Assembly: GCF_963676685.1 (NCBI RefSeq)
Contig: NC_092344.1
Location: 66,464,001-66,528,000, forward strand
Direction of reading: 5' to 3'
From: Mytilus edulis
Taxonomy: Eukaryota
DNA: 64,000 nucleotides
Positions 1 through 13,235 of this stretch are shown here, piece by piece (the stretch's first letter is position 1; every line of letters starts with the position of its first letter). The position numbers were made by a program, and so were the translations under genes. Under the pieces are notes generated by a model, which ran no database searches, was not told where the DNA came from, and saw only the letters and a list, made by a program, of their open reading frames with translations.

Positions 1-207
1 TATACAAGATTAAAACATGTGTAAAATGTCTAGAGATGAATTATGTTATACAACAGTTGATGAGGATGATAACAGCTGACCTATACAGTCAGAAAACGTT
101 ACAGTCTAGGCAAACAAACATGTCAGGTGTGAGATCTTTACGAAAATTAATTCTGATGGCAAATCACATGTTTATATTACCATATCTGCATATCTTATAA
201 TCTGTAT

Positions 208-360
208 ACATCTCATAAAGATTTCATATGTAGGTTGTATCTTAATTCTTATGCTGAATGAAAGAAGGTAATAATTCTTTAGACCTGAGAATGCATCTCA
301 TAAAGATTTCATATGGGGTCTTTCATATCTTAATTCTTATGCTGAATGAAAAAAGGTAAT
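208..360 (+). repeat. Local direct duplication, period 86 bp
   Basis: catctcataaagatttcatatg...atcttaattcttatgctgaatgaaa.aaggtaat occurs twice. Confidence 0.85.
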
Positions 361-367
361 TCAGGTA

Positions 368-507
368 TTCAATGCTCTTCAAATGTGTACTTGTTTGGCT
401 GAGACTTTCTAACTGTTTTGATCTGAGCATCACTGATGAGTCTTATAATGTAGACCAAATGTGTGTCTGGGGTATTAAAGTAAAAGACTGGTATCATTGA
501 TAACTAT
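368..507 (+). mobile_element. Repeat family C copy with a degenerate hammerhead motif (425-473)
   Basis: Reverse complement of 59808-59936. CUGAUGA at 433-439 and stem II gtct/agac are present, but GAAA is mutated to CAAA. Confidence 0.7.
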
Positions 508-3500
508 GTACTTCTTTAGACCCAAGATGAAAATACCAGTCTGGCTGTCTTTTGGACAAGACACACTCTTAATGGAAGTCATTAGGTTTCCTCCATGCTT
601 CATATACATGTACATGGAAAAAGGCTGTTCGTGTTCACAAAAAACCAAAAGCTATATTTATCATTCTTTCATTCCAATTAAGATATGAATTATGATATAA
701 CGAACAGCAAATGGGGAATTCACATTGTTTAGTGTCAGAATTCGAGTGAAAATGAGATAGCGGTTGTTGCTTTTAGTGCAGAAACAACAAAAACAATATC
801 CTTGTTTTCAGCAAACAAGTTTTTGTTTTAACGTGAGTGTTGTAATGTAAAAGATGATTTTTGCTGTGGAAGAATTTGCTTTGTTGGTATATTCCCAAGT
901 CTTATTTTATCATTTTGTAATCCATTCATGTACCAGCTGTAGATTGAATCTGATAGGGTTAATGCAATTCTTGTTTGTTTATTTTGTCACTTATAAAGTA
1001 CAAACTGTTGTTGTTCTCAATTTAGTAATATTAATCAGATTTGGGTTAGGGCGTAACCCTGAGTGAGTCCTTACCAGGTTTCTTAAAGATCTCCTGAATA
1101 ATTACCCTCCTGACCAAGTTTCCAAATTTCTGATTTGAAGAACTTTTGGACCAGCTAGTCAGTGCCATGATAGGAGGGGTAATTTTATTGAACAAATTGA
1201 GTTAAGTGGTCTTAATTTAATTGAGAAAAAACTGCAATCATGAGTGAAAATTGAATTGAAAAATTGGATGTAATAAATGATAAAAAATATGATTTGATTG
1301 GTATAATTTAGATAACATCATATTTTATAGATATTATGACCCAATTAAACAAGAAATTTGTAACAGTTTATTTTTAACTTATTAAGCATTTATGTGATTC
1401 TAGTGTTTATCTGCCAAGTGCATGCTGACATTTCAATGTATTTCAATACTAAAACAGCTTATTTGAAAATCTTTTTTGACATATTGGAATTATTTTATCT
1501 AGAATCTTGAATCTTTCATGGCACCAAAGTGTTTATGTTTTAACTGCCTGTAAAATTTCTGTCAGAACCATTTCTGCTCTGGTTGAACACTTGAAAATTA
1601 ATAGCATTTCAAGTACAACCATTTTACCATAATCTACGTGTTTGATCAGATGTTTTTTAAACCTTCAGACTATAAAAGGTTTTTTAGCAACAGCTATTTG
1701 TCACGATATGGCATAATGTCTCTTGACGTAATAGGAATTGCTGAATGAGGATAAAATATATTGGTATTTTTTGTAATATAAATTTTAATATAAATCTTAG
1801 TTATGGCATTATATGTTAAATGATATAGACAACAAGATTATATTGTTAAATGAATTCAGAAAGAGAAAGTTTGAAAAACACATGGTAGGAATTGTTTTGC
1901 TACCTTAGGTCCACTGAGACTTACATGGTGAAATTAAGTCATTGAGAAATCGATGTCTTTTCACATTTTGAATAATATTTAGGGAACAGAATAATGTGTA
2001 CTAAATCATACATGTAATATGTGGTAGTCCCATGCCAATTCTTTGGCATCATTCTAAGAATGATTGACCTCCCTCTGGATCAGATAAATCCCCATGCATC
2101 CAATATCCTTAATTGTAAAAGAGCTAATATCAACTCTTTTAATTTGACTGTATCCATGGGTCTTGCAGACTCCTACATGTACATGTAGCTGGAGAATTCC
2201 CAAATTTCAGCTGCAGGTTGTCAATTTTAAGCTGGAGGACCTTGTAAAAGTCTGGTGAATCAATTTATACCTTATGTCTGGCACTTCACATGTATGTTCT
2301 AATGATGTACTCTATATTCCCATTGAGGATGTCAAATAAATTGAGAAATAAACATGGTAAATAAAAGCTATGGAACTGTCAACAATCTTTTATCTTCAAA
2401 TTATCTAAAGCAACAATAAAAAGGAGATTAACCCAGCTATAGAGGATAATATCATAAAGTGAAAGTTATAGGTAATTAATTATAAACCATGTTATACATT
2501 AAAGAGTACTTAATCAAAAAATATTGTCAATACCATTGATTATCACTTGGTGGAAGTGATTCTTAGATAAATACTTGGTCTATTGTAAATGAGGCTCCTT
2601 CAGAAATCTTTATGGCTATGTTTTATGGGATTAAGTTCCTTAGTTTATGGACTTTTATGTAACTAAATGGCTGATACATGTATATATCAATTTGATTGAC
2701 ATCTCTTAAAAGACTGGGTTTTTCAAAATGTTCCCATTTTCTGAAATCTAATGTGAGTTTGTCAGTTTAAGTTAATATAAATGATGTCACTTTTATTTTA
2801 AATTCTATTTAGAATAGTTACTTTGGGTAAATATTTTTATACTCTGCACGCAAATGTGCATAACCATAAAGTTTATACTGACAAAGAATTCAATAAAGTT
2901 TTCCTGGATATAACTGAATAAAAGACCAGATATAAGATTTGACGGTGAATTCGATGGTGAATCACTCGTCAATGATTGTTTCTGATATTAATTTGTTATA
3001 TGCAAACTTCCATTATTTACACTGAAGCTTACAAGTTCAAATCACAATAGACAAGTTATTGGACAACATGTAAACCACCAATTGAGTTTATTATATTTAT
3101 GACTCATTATCCAAGGTAGTAGGAGAATACTGGTAGATGTTGTGACCTTTGTAGTCTTCTTTTCACATCACACTTTTGTTCATCTGAATTTAAAATATTG
3201 AATATGAGGTTAAAAATTTCTGTAGTCCTGTCCTTGCTTTGAATTATTACACACACACACTTTATGTGTTGTTTATGTAGTAATAACAACAATAGGACCT
3301 TTTTTACTGCAGCAAGTGCTCTTTCGGACAATTATTTCATAGGACATCAAGAGGAGTGAACCAACTCCTTGTAATAGTACAGGCTGGTAGAGTAATCAGG
3401 ATGTATACCTAAGTATGCTGCGGTTGTCTTAAAACCTCTGGAAAATAAAACTAGTTACAATTATTTTATAAGTTCAAAAATTTTATAGTTGAAGAGTTGT

Positions 3501-5522
3501 CAAAACCTTGATTTTGAAGAGTTGTCAAAACCTTGATATTTTTTCCTGCAAATCTGACCCAAGTCTAAGAAGAGTGAAGACGTAATAGTTCTATGTAGGT
3601 CTATTCTGGTTCTGTTCCTCTAAAAATTGTTCATAATATATATTTATTGGCCTTGATGTTCTTTAAGCGTGATATTCTTAAAAGGTGTGTCATGGACATG
3701 GTCAGTCAAATTGGAAGCACATGTTTATAATAGCATACATCCCTGGGAACTCCTACTGTCTTAGGCACTATACTAATCATTGATGAGATGAATTGACCAG
3801 GCAATCAGATCCTCAACCATGAATCATCTTCTGACAATAAAAGATTATTACTTAATTACAATTCAAAGCAGTTCTTATCTTGTAATGATAGTATCACTCC
3901 ATCCCTGTTAGAAAAGATGTTCTTGTGATATCTCAGTAATCCAGGGAAACATTGTAATACCTTACTCATGGGTTGACAAGCTAGACAAGTATGTAAACTG
4001 TTGGGTACAAATAAAAGACAATGTATTGGAGTTCTCAGAGGGGAAAAAACAGACATGGAAACAAAAAAGACTGGAATACTATTCATTGTAACATAATACA
4101 GCATGCTCTGAAAAAATAACCTTCAAAGAAGACATATTCCACTTTGCATGTGTTATCTGTTTAATATCTCTGCAAAGGTTGACATTCATGTAGTAGCATT
4201 TAAAGAGAAGGGTGACAATCGCACAGTTTTGACACTTAATATCAAAACAAATGTCAGGGACATATTAACATTATTCTAAGTATATATGTCAAACTGTCAT
4301 TTGGTCCAGCCAGTTTGTATCAGGTAGAATTGCTGCATCAGAATTTCAAAATGAAGTCAGGGCATTGAACTGTATGGTCCTCACAAAAACTAACTAAAAG
4401 TCACATTATAATTCAATACTTCTGGTAAAGTTCAGTATTTTACAAAGTTACTGACAATTGGAAACTTTGAATTTTTACATTTGCCTTAAAATATTAGCAC
4501 TTTTGATATCAGATCTTGTATAAAGTGTCTGAGGATAATTCATTGCTGAGTGTGAAACTCATGTTCTTAGTGCTAATGTTCTTAGTGTTAATTTTCAAAC
4601 TTTAAAAAAGCTAAGCATGCAAAAGTTTTCTCCTTAAGTTTAAGATTTCTTAATCTATATATTATGAGACTTTCAGTAATGTCAGATAGGATTTTACATG
4701 TATAAAAAGCAGGTCATTGAAATGATCTAAATCTGATTGTATGGTATTGAATACAACCTAAGATTAGATTTAATTTAGAGAAATCGTAAAACTTTAATCT
4801 TTGCAATGCTGCTATACAGGGTTGTCTGTATACAGACAAGTCTGTCAATTAGAAGAGACTTCCTGTTATGTAATTGGCGGAGATACACCATTTCTGGAAT
4901 TCATCAGGTTACTGTAAGTGAGTGTCATTTTGTATTACGGTTTCTTTTTAACTATATGCTAATGGTAAATTCTCTAAAATCAATGTCATAACATTTATCA
5001 GTCGCATAGATAGATTAAATGAAGTCCAAGCTCATTTCTTTTGTTTTAAATAACATATTCAGGTAATAGATTTTGTATTATTTACAGTCCAAAAACCCTG
5101 GATGTGTTAACATTTCCTTGCTTTATTGTTTATGGCATTTGATTTTTATAAGTTCATGTCTTGTAAGGTGTTAAAACTATAACTGCTTAGGTGTAATTCG
5201 GTTAATCATCAAGAAATGTCATATGCATCTATTTATTTAAACAGAACTGTTAGAAGATTTCATGTCCCTGCCATTAGGCAACTGGGGCATTTAAACGTTA
5301 CCCTTGACTGTTCGTGCTTCCATCTTTCTGTCCATCTCATTTTTGTTGCAAGCTTGTGCAAGGGCACTGCATCCTCAGATGCATTTTTCTTTCATTTATA
5401 AAACTATTTTTATTTAAATATCTGTAGACATTTTTTGTTGGACCTCACAGACTAGTTGTAATCTTTCATCTCTTATGTTCTACCTTATATTTACACATCC
5501 TGGTTAACAAATGTATAGGAAT

Positions 5523-5566
5523 GAGCATTCCTGATGAATGAAAATCCAGAAAAGTGCTTTGGACGC
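5523..5566 (+). ncRNA. Degenerate minimal hammerhead-like motif of a second family
   Basis: gcattc-CUGAUGA-augaaaaucca-GAAA-agugcu-UU-ggacgc. Helix I pairs 5 of 6, helix III is a near-palindrome, stem II is disrupted. Confidence 0.45.
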
Positions 5567-6177
5567 TTAAAAATACATAAAATGTTTGTAAGTTTCATTT
5601 GTAAGAAAGTTACAGAACACAGTAATGGTTTATGCTGTAATTGAGTGAAGATTACATGATACTTGTACTGGGCAGTATGAGATAGATCCTCACAGTGTAA
5701 ATAGATTTATGCAAGATAGATGTGTCATGATTTTCTCTGATTAGTTCTAGGGGATTTAATGCTGCCTCCTACATTATATTTATCTTGTAGTGCTGTCAAA
5801 ATTTATAACAACATGAAACATAGTTTGTTACAATACTTCTTCCATAATCTTGCTAAGAAAATATTGTTGGATATTAAGACTCAATAAGATATTTTTATGT
5901 TTTGTATGTTGGCATCATATGTTTGCCAATCCCAGAAAATGTTGCTTTGAAATGGAAATTAGGAAAACGCTGTTGGGTCAGAAGTGCTATCGTTTCATGT
6001 TCGGGATTGTGACTGAAAATCATGAACTAGATAAAAATCCGTTATATGATATATGTATATATATATTTATATTTGAAAGTTGAATGTAACATGAATACTA
6101 TTTTTTATTACATCTTGAAAGAAAGGTTAGGTTGATGGCCTAATACATCAAAGAATATTTCAAATGTCTATCATTTC

Positions 6178-7252
6178 CAGTGGTCTCGCTAGCCCAAAAT
6201 AGAAGGGCGCCGCGCCCTGGGTGCCCTCAGCCGCGCCCTGGGTGCCTTCATCCGCGCCCTTCTGCCCTGACGTCTTTTTCCAAAATTATCTTGTGCCGTT
6301 TTGGTAAAATTTTGTTTCATCGATTTCTGATCTCCAAGTTAATTACATATATGACACCTGTGTGATTGCCCCCAGGTTAATCATGTCATTACAATCAATT
6401 ACAAAGATAAAGACTTCAAAGGTGTTAATAACTAGGTAATTTAATTAGGACAATGTATCTTTTTGTCATACTTTTGATGAATGTGTCAACGAGTGTGTTT
6501 AGCTTGGGTCGGCATTTTCGATCTCCAAGTCACAATGGAAGGGCGTATATAAATGAAGACTTTCATGACTTTAGAATTGAATTTAAGTCATCAAAATAAA
6601 ACTATGCCTTTACAGAAATGCCTTCCATCTCAACTTGTTAGCGACAAGCACAGTTTTTAATTAACTCAAACGTGGTGGAAATTGATTTTGGAGTTACTTC
6701 CCCTGTTTTAGCTTATTACAAATTTGTGCTCTAAAAATATTATCTAGTATCAAAAAAAGGAATAAATTACCAATTGAATATATAATAACATAATAATGTT
6801 ACCTTAAAGATATAAACTGTCTTTGAACATATTAAAAAATATATATTGCAATTTCTACTTGATAATTATACTTTTAGCAATCCATGTTCTAAACATTGTT
6901 AAATTAGTAATGCTCTCAAATTTAGATCAAATGATGTATTAAAAGCTATGGTTCCTATATAGTTAAAATTTGATAATGGGTAGAGTGAAGTTAAACTGTA
7001 AAAACATAATATGTTGACGAAGATGTAATATATCATTCATAACTACACAAACAATGAAATAAAGACTATAGTTGAAAAGCATCTTTATTTAAAAAAAAAA
7101 CAACATATACAGTTAAAAAAAAAGAGAGATTAGTTAACTCGTGATGCACACAGAAACGTAGACAAAAAAATGAGCAGTGCCTTTTCTTATCATAAAGAGT
7201 GCCCTGCCCTCCACTGGCACCCTGCCCCTTTTGATTTCTAGCTAGAGCACTG
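6178..7252. mobile_element. 1075-bp non-autonomous DNA transposon, hAT5-like
   Basis: 15-bp TIR cagtggtctcgctag / ctagctagagcactg (13 of 15 match); ATTTC duplicated on both sides; gccct subterminal motifs at both ends. Confidence 0.8.
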
Positions 7253-10200
7253 ATTTCAAATAGATGAAATCTGAGATTTATTAAATTTCTATCATTTACA
7301 AACTTGTCATACTTTACTATAGTGACTATGTATGTAATATAATTTGAGTTTTTTCAATATTCAGTCAGTATGGTGTGCCTCACCACTTCAAGGCATTCAT
7401 ATGCCATTACACACGGCTCATAATGAAAATACTAATGCTTAACCTTGACAATAACTTTTGATCATTTCAATTAAGTGGGGAAAAAGCTACAGATGCTGGC
7501 TATGTTTTGATCTGATCATTATTCAATTAGTGATAATTGTGAAAGTGACCATAAATCTAACGTTATCACCTTTAATATCAAATAAAAATTATTTTGTGAT
7601 TCATTGAATCCTTTGTCAACTATTAAAGAGTCAAATGATTGACTATGGAAAATGCCATCTGCTTATTTGGTGGTCATTCCTTAATTATCTCCCTTTGTTG
7701 ATGGTATTTTAACATATTTGTGGTGGCTGGGAAATTTTTTTTATTTATTGTGTTGACAAAAAGAAAGCAGGAATTATAATTTGTAAAAAATTCCGACTTC
7801 ATTTTACTGAAATCCAAATATCAATTCTAATTTGCTTTTCCAGAATCTTAGTAAAGCATTCTGGGTAATATTTGACACTTAAAATAATCAAGATTGGTTC
7901 TAAACAATGTTAGTGGTTCTCTTAAATTAAACCCCCACTCTCTTGCTCAGCCTAACACCAATAACTCAACTGCTAAGTCATGATATAGTAAAAGTCGCTG
8001 AAAATGATTTTTTACCAACTTACATACAAACAAACAATGAGTATCCAACCAATGGTTTGTCTATTCAGATTTCATTTCTGATTACAAACAATAAATTACT
8101 GTTCGTCTTTGAATTATGAAATGAAGTTCATGTAGATCATCTGAAGGAACCATATTTTAATTAAGGAAACAATTTATTGCTTGTTCAAAATCCTGAATCT
8201 TGAAATGTTTTACTTGCTTTCCTTGGAAAACACAAGCTTTGAAGATATTATTAATCTATTGAAAATTCATACTTAAGGAAGATGGAAATATCGATGAAAA
8301 TAAAACGCCTTTGTCGTTCTCAGCAATTTATTCAAAAAATGACACATTTATAAGAAATTCTCTTTCTTTCAAATCCATACCATCAAAAGACCCTAGTACA
8401 ATAATATTGTGATGAACAAAAATAAGGCTTATTTCTTAATACATCAAAGTTTTCACATCAAATACTTGACAAGAAAATTAAATTGAAGAATAACAAGACT
8501 TGTAGAAATCAATTTCAGTAACCAGCTGGTAGGGGATAATTGACCAAGGAGACATGTTGGGTTTCATACCTCATAAAACATCATGATGACTTTTGTTTAG
8601 TTTATTTTTATCAGAGTACACAGTTGAATTAATTATTTGTTTTATGCGGTAATTATTAATTTAGAAATGATTGTTTTATAGTTGATTTCAATAATGAAAA
8701 ACAAATTTATGTCAATACGACAGGTGAAAGGGATGATAAAGTCTTTTAAGAGGGTGTTAAAAGTAAATGAAATCATTCATGTTTCTTTAATAGTGAAGTG
8801 TGCTTGTGATTAGTGACTCATCTATCTATATAAACTTGCAGTTGTCAGCTAGGAACACTGTCAGCATCATGGTGTACATCCAATATTTAGGGGGGGGGGA
8901 TCTAGGATTTTTGAAAGAGGGTATAATTGCTTAAAAATGAATAGATAGAGCATCGGAAAAAGCAGGGTAAAAAAAATAAATCTGATTGTTTTATGGTTTA
9001 AAATGATATATTTTCCAGTCGTCATGGTCGTAGGGGGTGTATTATTTAATCATAAATAATCTCCAACTAAAATAGTTCAAAGATAATGCCTATGATTTCT
9101 ATGGATTCACCAACTTATATGTCCTTTCTTAATTTGATGGACATTGAAAGTTATATACTTAGAAGAGTCATGGCTTCGGTGTTTCCTCATTTAGAGTGTA
9201 AGCTTGTAACAGTTTGTTGCTTTATACCAGGCTTCAATACTTTCTGATTTTATAATTAAGGTTTGTAACCTTTTTATATTACACTGGCTTTATTTGAATT
9301 TGCTATGTATTTCATGTACTGGATGAGCATTGTGCCAAGTCAGGACTATGACCGTTTTGTGTGTTTGAGCTTTTAATTTTGACATCTGATATTAGGGACT
9401 TTCCGTATTAAATTTTCCTTGGAATTGAGTATTTTTGTTATTTTACCTTTAATTATTTTTAAAGTCCAGGTGATGATTCAAGATTTTTGTGGGGGAGGAT
9501 CATAGTCACGAGATAAATACTGTGAAGGTGAGAAGTCTATAATTGGTTTATTATCTACAAACTTTACACCATTTGATACTAAGATGAGGAGGAAAGAAAA
9601 CAGATACCATTTATATTCATGACAACTTCATCCTGAAAATTAATATCTCTGGTCATTGCGTAAACCCCTGAGGGTTTACGCAGTATATATTGGACGAGTG
9701 ATGTAGTCTTTCGGAACACCGGATGTTATTCGGAACACTTCTGTTCTTTCTATGACCACCTTTCAAATACATGCGCAATAGCTATGACCACCTTTCAAAT
9801 GCATGCGCAATAGCTTACTAATCTGTTGAATATGCATTAGCATCTTAAGTTGCTATAGAGATATTTTACGTATGATCTAAAATTTATTATGATATAATAT
9901 TTTCTTGCACACGATTACAAGCTGCTAATATCAACCTACATGCATAGTATTTTAATTAGTCAAACGATGTAACCAGCTGTGTTTAGATATGAGATAAGAT
10001 TTCATGTAAACAATGCGCTTTATATTCTGAACGAGAATAATTAAAAATAAAATCTTTAGAAAAAGTTTTAGTAGCATTTTATTTTAGATTTTACGTTTAG
10101 TGAAGATGTACATGTTGTAAAAAACAAGCTATTTTTTTTTTACTGAAATTAAAGGGAAGTCTTTCTTGCATATGATTAAATTACAGTTATTTTTTGGGTT

Positions 10201-12654
10201 AAATATTGCAACTTTAATAAAAAAAAAAAAATGGTTATTAAAAATAAAATTAAATAGATATTGAATATGAAAAAATAAAATATTTTGAACGAGAACAATT
10301 AAAAATAAAATCTTTAAAAAGGTATTAGCACTATTTTGAAATTTTACGTCTAGGATAGACCAAGGACATGGAAATATAATCATAAATATGTGCCTCTAAT
10401 AGGTGTAAAAACGAGGATTTTTCACAAAAAAATCGTTTTTTGAAAATAACGTTAAAATTAATTATGAAAGTTATGTTCGTATTTATTTTCAGTAATATTG
10501 CAAATTTAAAGTTATTTTCTTTGTTTCAATATTGCAACATTATTTACTTTTTTTTTAAAACAAGGAGGTCACATAATAACCTCTGAATCCTTTTCGTCAT
10601 TAAAATGCGACTGATAAGTATAGATATTCAATATGAAGGGGGAAAAATAACCGTGACTGAAATCTAAATCTTAGATTTATTTTAAAAAAATACACACTTG
10701 ACCATGCAGATGTAAGAAATGATACTTCAAGCAATGAAACAACTAATTAAATGTGCCACTTTAATTACGACTGATAACCTAAAAATGAATCATGCATGCA
10801 TTTTTAGCAGACTTAACCAGGTCGGCGATAAGATATCGAAATATAAAAAAGAAGATATCAATGAGAAAACTATCTACAAGAAACCAAAATAACACAGAAA
10901 TACAAACTATGGGTCACCGTACGGCCTTCAACAACAGGCAAAGCACGCACCGCGTAGTCGGCTATAAAAGGCCCCGAAATGACAATGTAAAACAATCAGT
11001 CAAAAAAGAAAATTAACAAAGTCCGTATCATCGTATGCGTAACTTAGTTGCTCACCAGAGGAACGCTACGCAAGCGTTTAAATCCGCGTTCCATAAGTTT
11101 GAAGTACGTCGAAATGCAAAGGTATAGGCTTGGTGAACGTTTTTACTTCATAAAAATTTTAATGGAACATAAAAAATTTCATTCAGCTCAAGCGTTTGTC
11201 AAGCGTATACCTGTAAACTGCACGCACATAATATACACGCTATACGAGCGTTGAAAACGCTACAGATAAGTTTGAGACACATACAAAAATACGCGTCGCC
11301 TTAAAGCTTTCATTCAGGAGAAGAAGTCCGATACGGGTGAAATTCTTCAAACCTACAGAAGATATTACACCCTCTCCAACCATGCAACATGGGACTAGAC
11401 ATAGAAGTACAGGAACTACTCCCATTAGTTTGAGCTGTACAAGATCTACAAAAATATCCCGCCTGCCTCAAAGGTGCATAGGATCGACCATGTTCCAGCA
11501 CTAATGATACAAGTACCAACCAGAGTTACAATGCCGTGGTTGTAAGTCTTTAAAGGCATGCACCGAGCGGCCTCCAAAAATGAAAAAAAAAAAAAAAACA
11601 CTATTTAGTCGGCTATTAAATGCCCCGACCATTAAGATTTAAAAACAAAAATCAAACAAAACTAACCAGCCTTATTGATAACAAAATAATTTACGAAAAA
11701 AACTTGACCGACATGAATTATGAACAACAACTACTTCACTACATGTTCCTGGCTTTATAATGGACGTTGGCACATAAACAATGTGGTGGCCATAAATCTA
11801 ACCCTCCCAAATGAACCAAACCTTAAGGACAACACATCGCAAGAAAAAAATGTAAAATATCAGTTGCAATTCGCGTCCCTAAAAATATGGGTACGGTGCA
11901 CAATAATCACTTACATAAAAAACAATAGACACAAATCACTGAAATAATCGCACTTACCGAAAGCTTGTGAACATTTAGACGAATCAGTGGACATAGACGG
12001 ACTGGTAAACATGTAAACAGACGGGCGAATGTGACAGACGTATTGACAAACATTCACATATAGACAGACCTGCAGTTGGTAATGTAGAAAGACTAGGAGA
12101 AACGCTTAGGTACGCTTTACGCACACCCAATACACGCTTTAAGCTCGTTGTGCACACGATACAGATATGATTGACAGGTTGAATGCATCAAAATTACTAG
12201 CGTATTGGTAGCGTGCATGATTTTTTTTTTTACCACGACCGACGTACGTCGGATCTATACGTTGATGTGTGAAGCCGGTATTACATTAAATAAACCAGGC
12301 AATGTCAGTTTCTAATTCTTATGCACAACAAAAGTAATATAAGACAATACATCTTTATTAAACAATTATCTAATATATATATAATGCCAAACAAGCATTT
12401 GGGTTTACGATTGCATTTCTTTTTTTAAAGAAAGCAACTTGTCTTGGCCTTTGGTCAGAACTCATTTAACTGACCACACACCAAGCTACATGCTGTTTAT
12501 AATGTATACAAATATGTTTGATGATTCTGTGATATTGGCTTGTCAGTATTCATTTATTTATGGCGATCTATGTATAGGGTCTATGTATAGAGTTTGTATT
12601 CATAAAGCACAGAAGTGACTTTGTTGTTGAGGTGTGACCATATATATATATATA

Positions 12655-13235
12655 ATAATTTTGAATTATGGTATATCAGGTGTTATATGTGTATTGTTCA
12701 AAGATTGGTCATTGTAGAAAACTTGTGGATACATTAAGGAAGGGGCTATAGTTTAAGTTTTCATATTGAGAATGGGTTATAATTTATGGTTTTAAGTCTA
12801 TTTTAGTTAAATGTCTTCATTTCTTATATATTTTGTGCCTGCATGTGCAGAATAAATATTAGTTATGATATATCAGGTGTTGTTTGTGTACTGATCGAAG
12901 CTGGGTCATTGTAATATGTTTGTAGAAAACCTGTTGATACATGTACATGTATGAAGTGAGAGTCTTTGATTTAGTATTTCTGGTGACAAAGGTTTATGAT
13001 TCATGACTGCATTAGTCTATTTGAGTTTTCTTAGTTTCTTTTATAGTAAGATCAGCAGTGTCTGTACATAATAGTTTTGATTTATGATAAATAAGGTGTA
13101 ATTGTCTTTTTTCCAACAAAACAATTGTCCATACATGTAGGAAGAGAAAGTCTAGTGCTTGACTTAGCATCCATGGTGAAAAAGGGTTATGATTTATTGT
13201 TTTGAGACTCTATTTCAGTTTTCTTGATTTCTCAG
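12655..13235 (+). repeat. Old tandem repeat, ~3 units of ~200-215 bp
   Basis: Recurrent ttatg.tatatcaggtgt...tcattgta...ggttat.att.atg...tctattt.agtt blocks. Confidence 0.65.

Noticed and set aside
4885-4915. Minus-strand CUGAUGA-auucca-GAAA hammerhead-like string
   Set aside because: No stem II and no convincing helix I or III; chance match or an unrecognisable relic.
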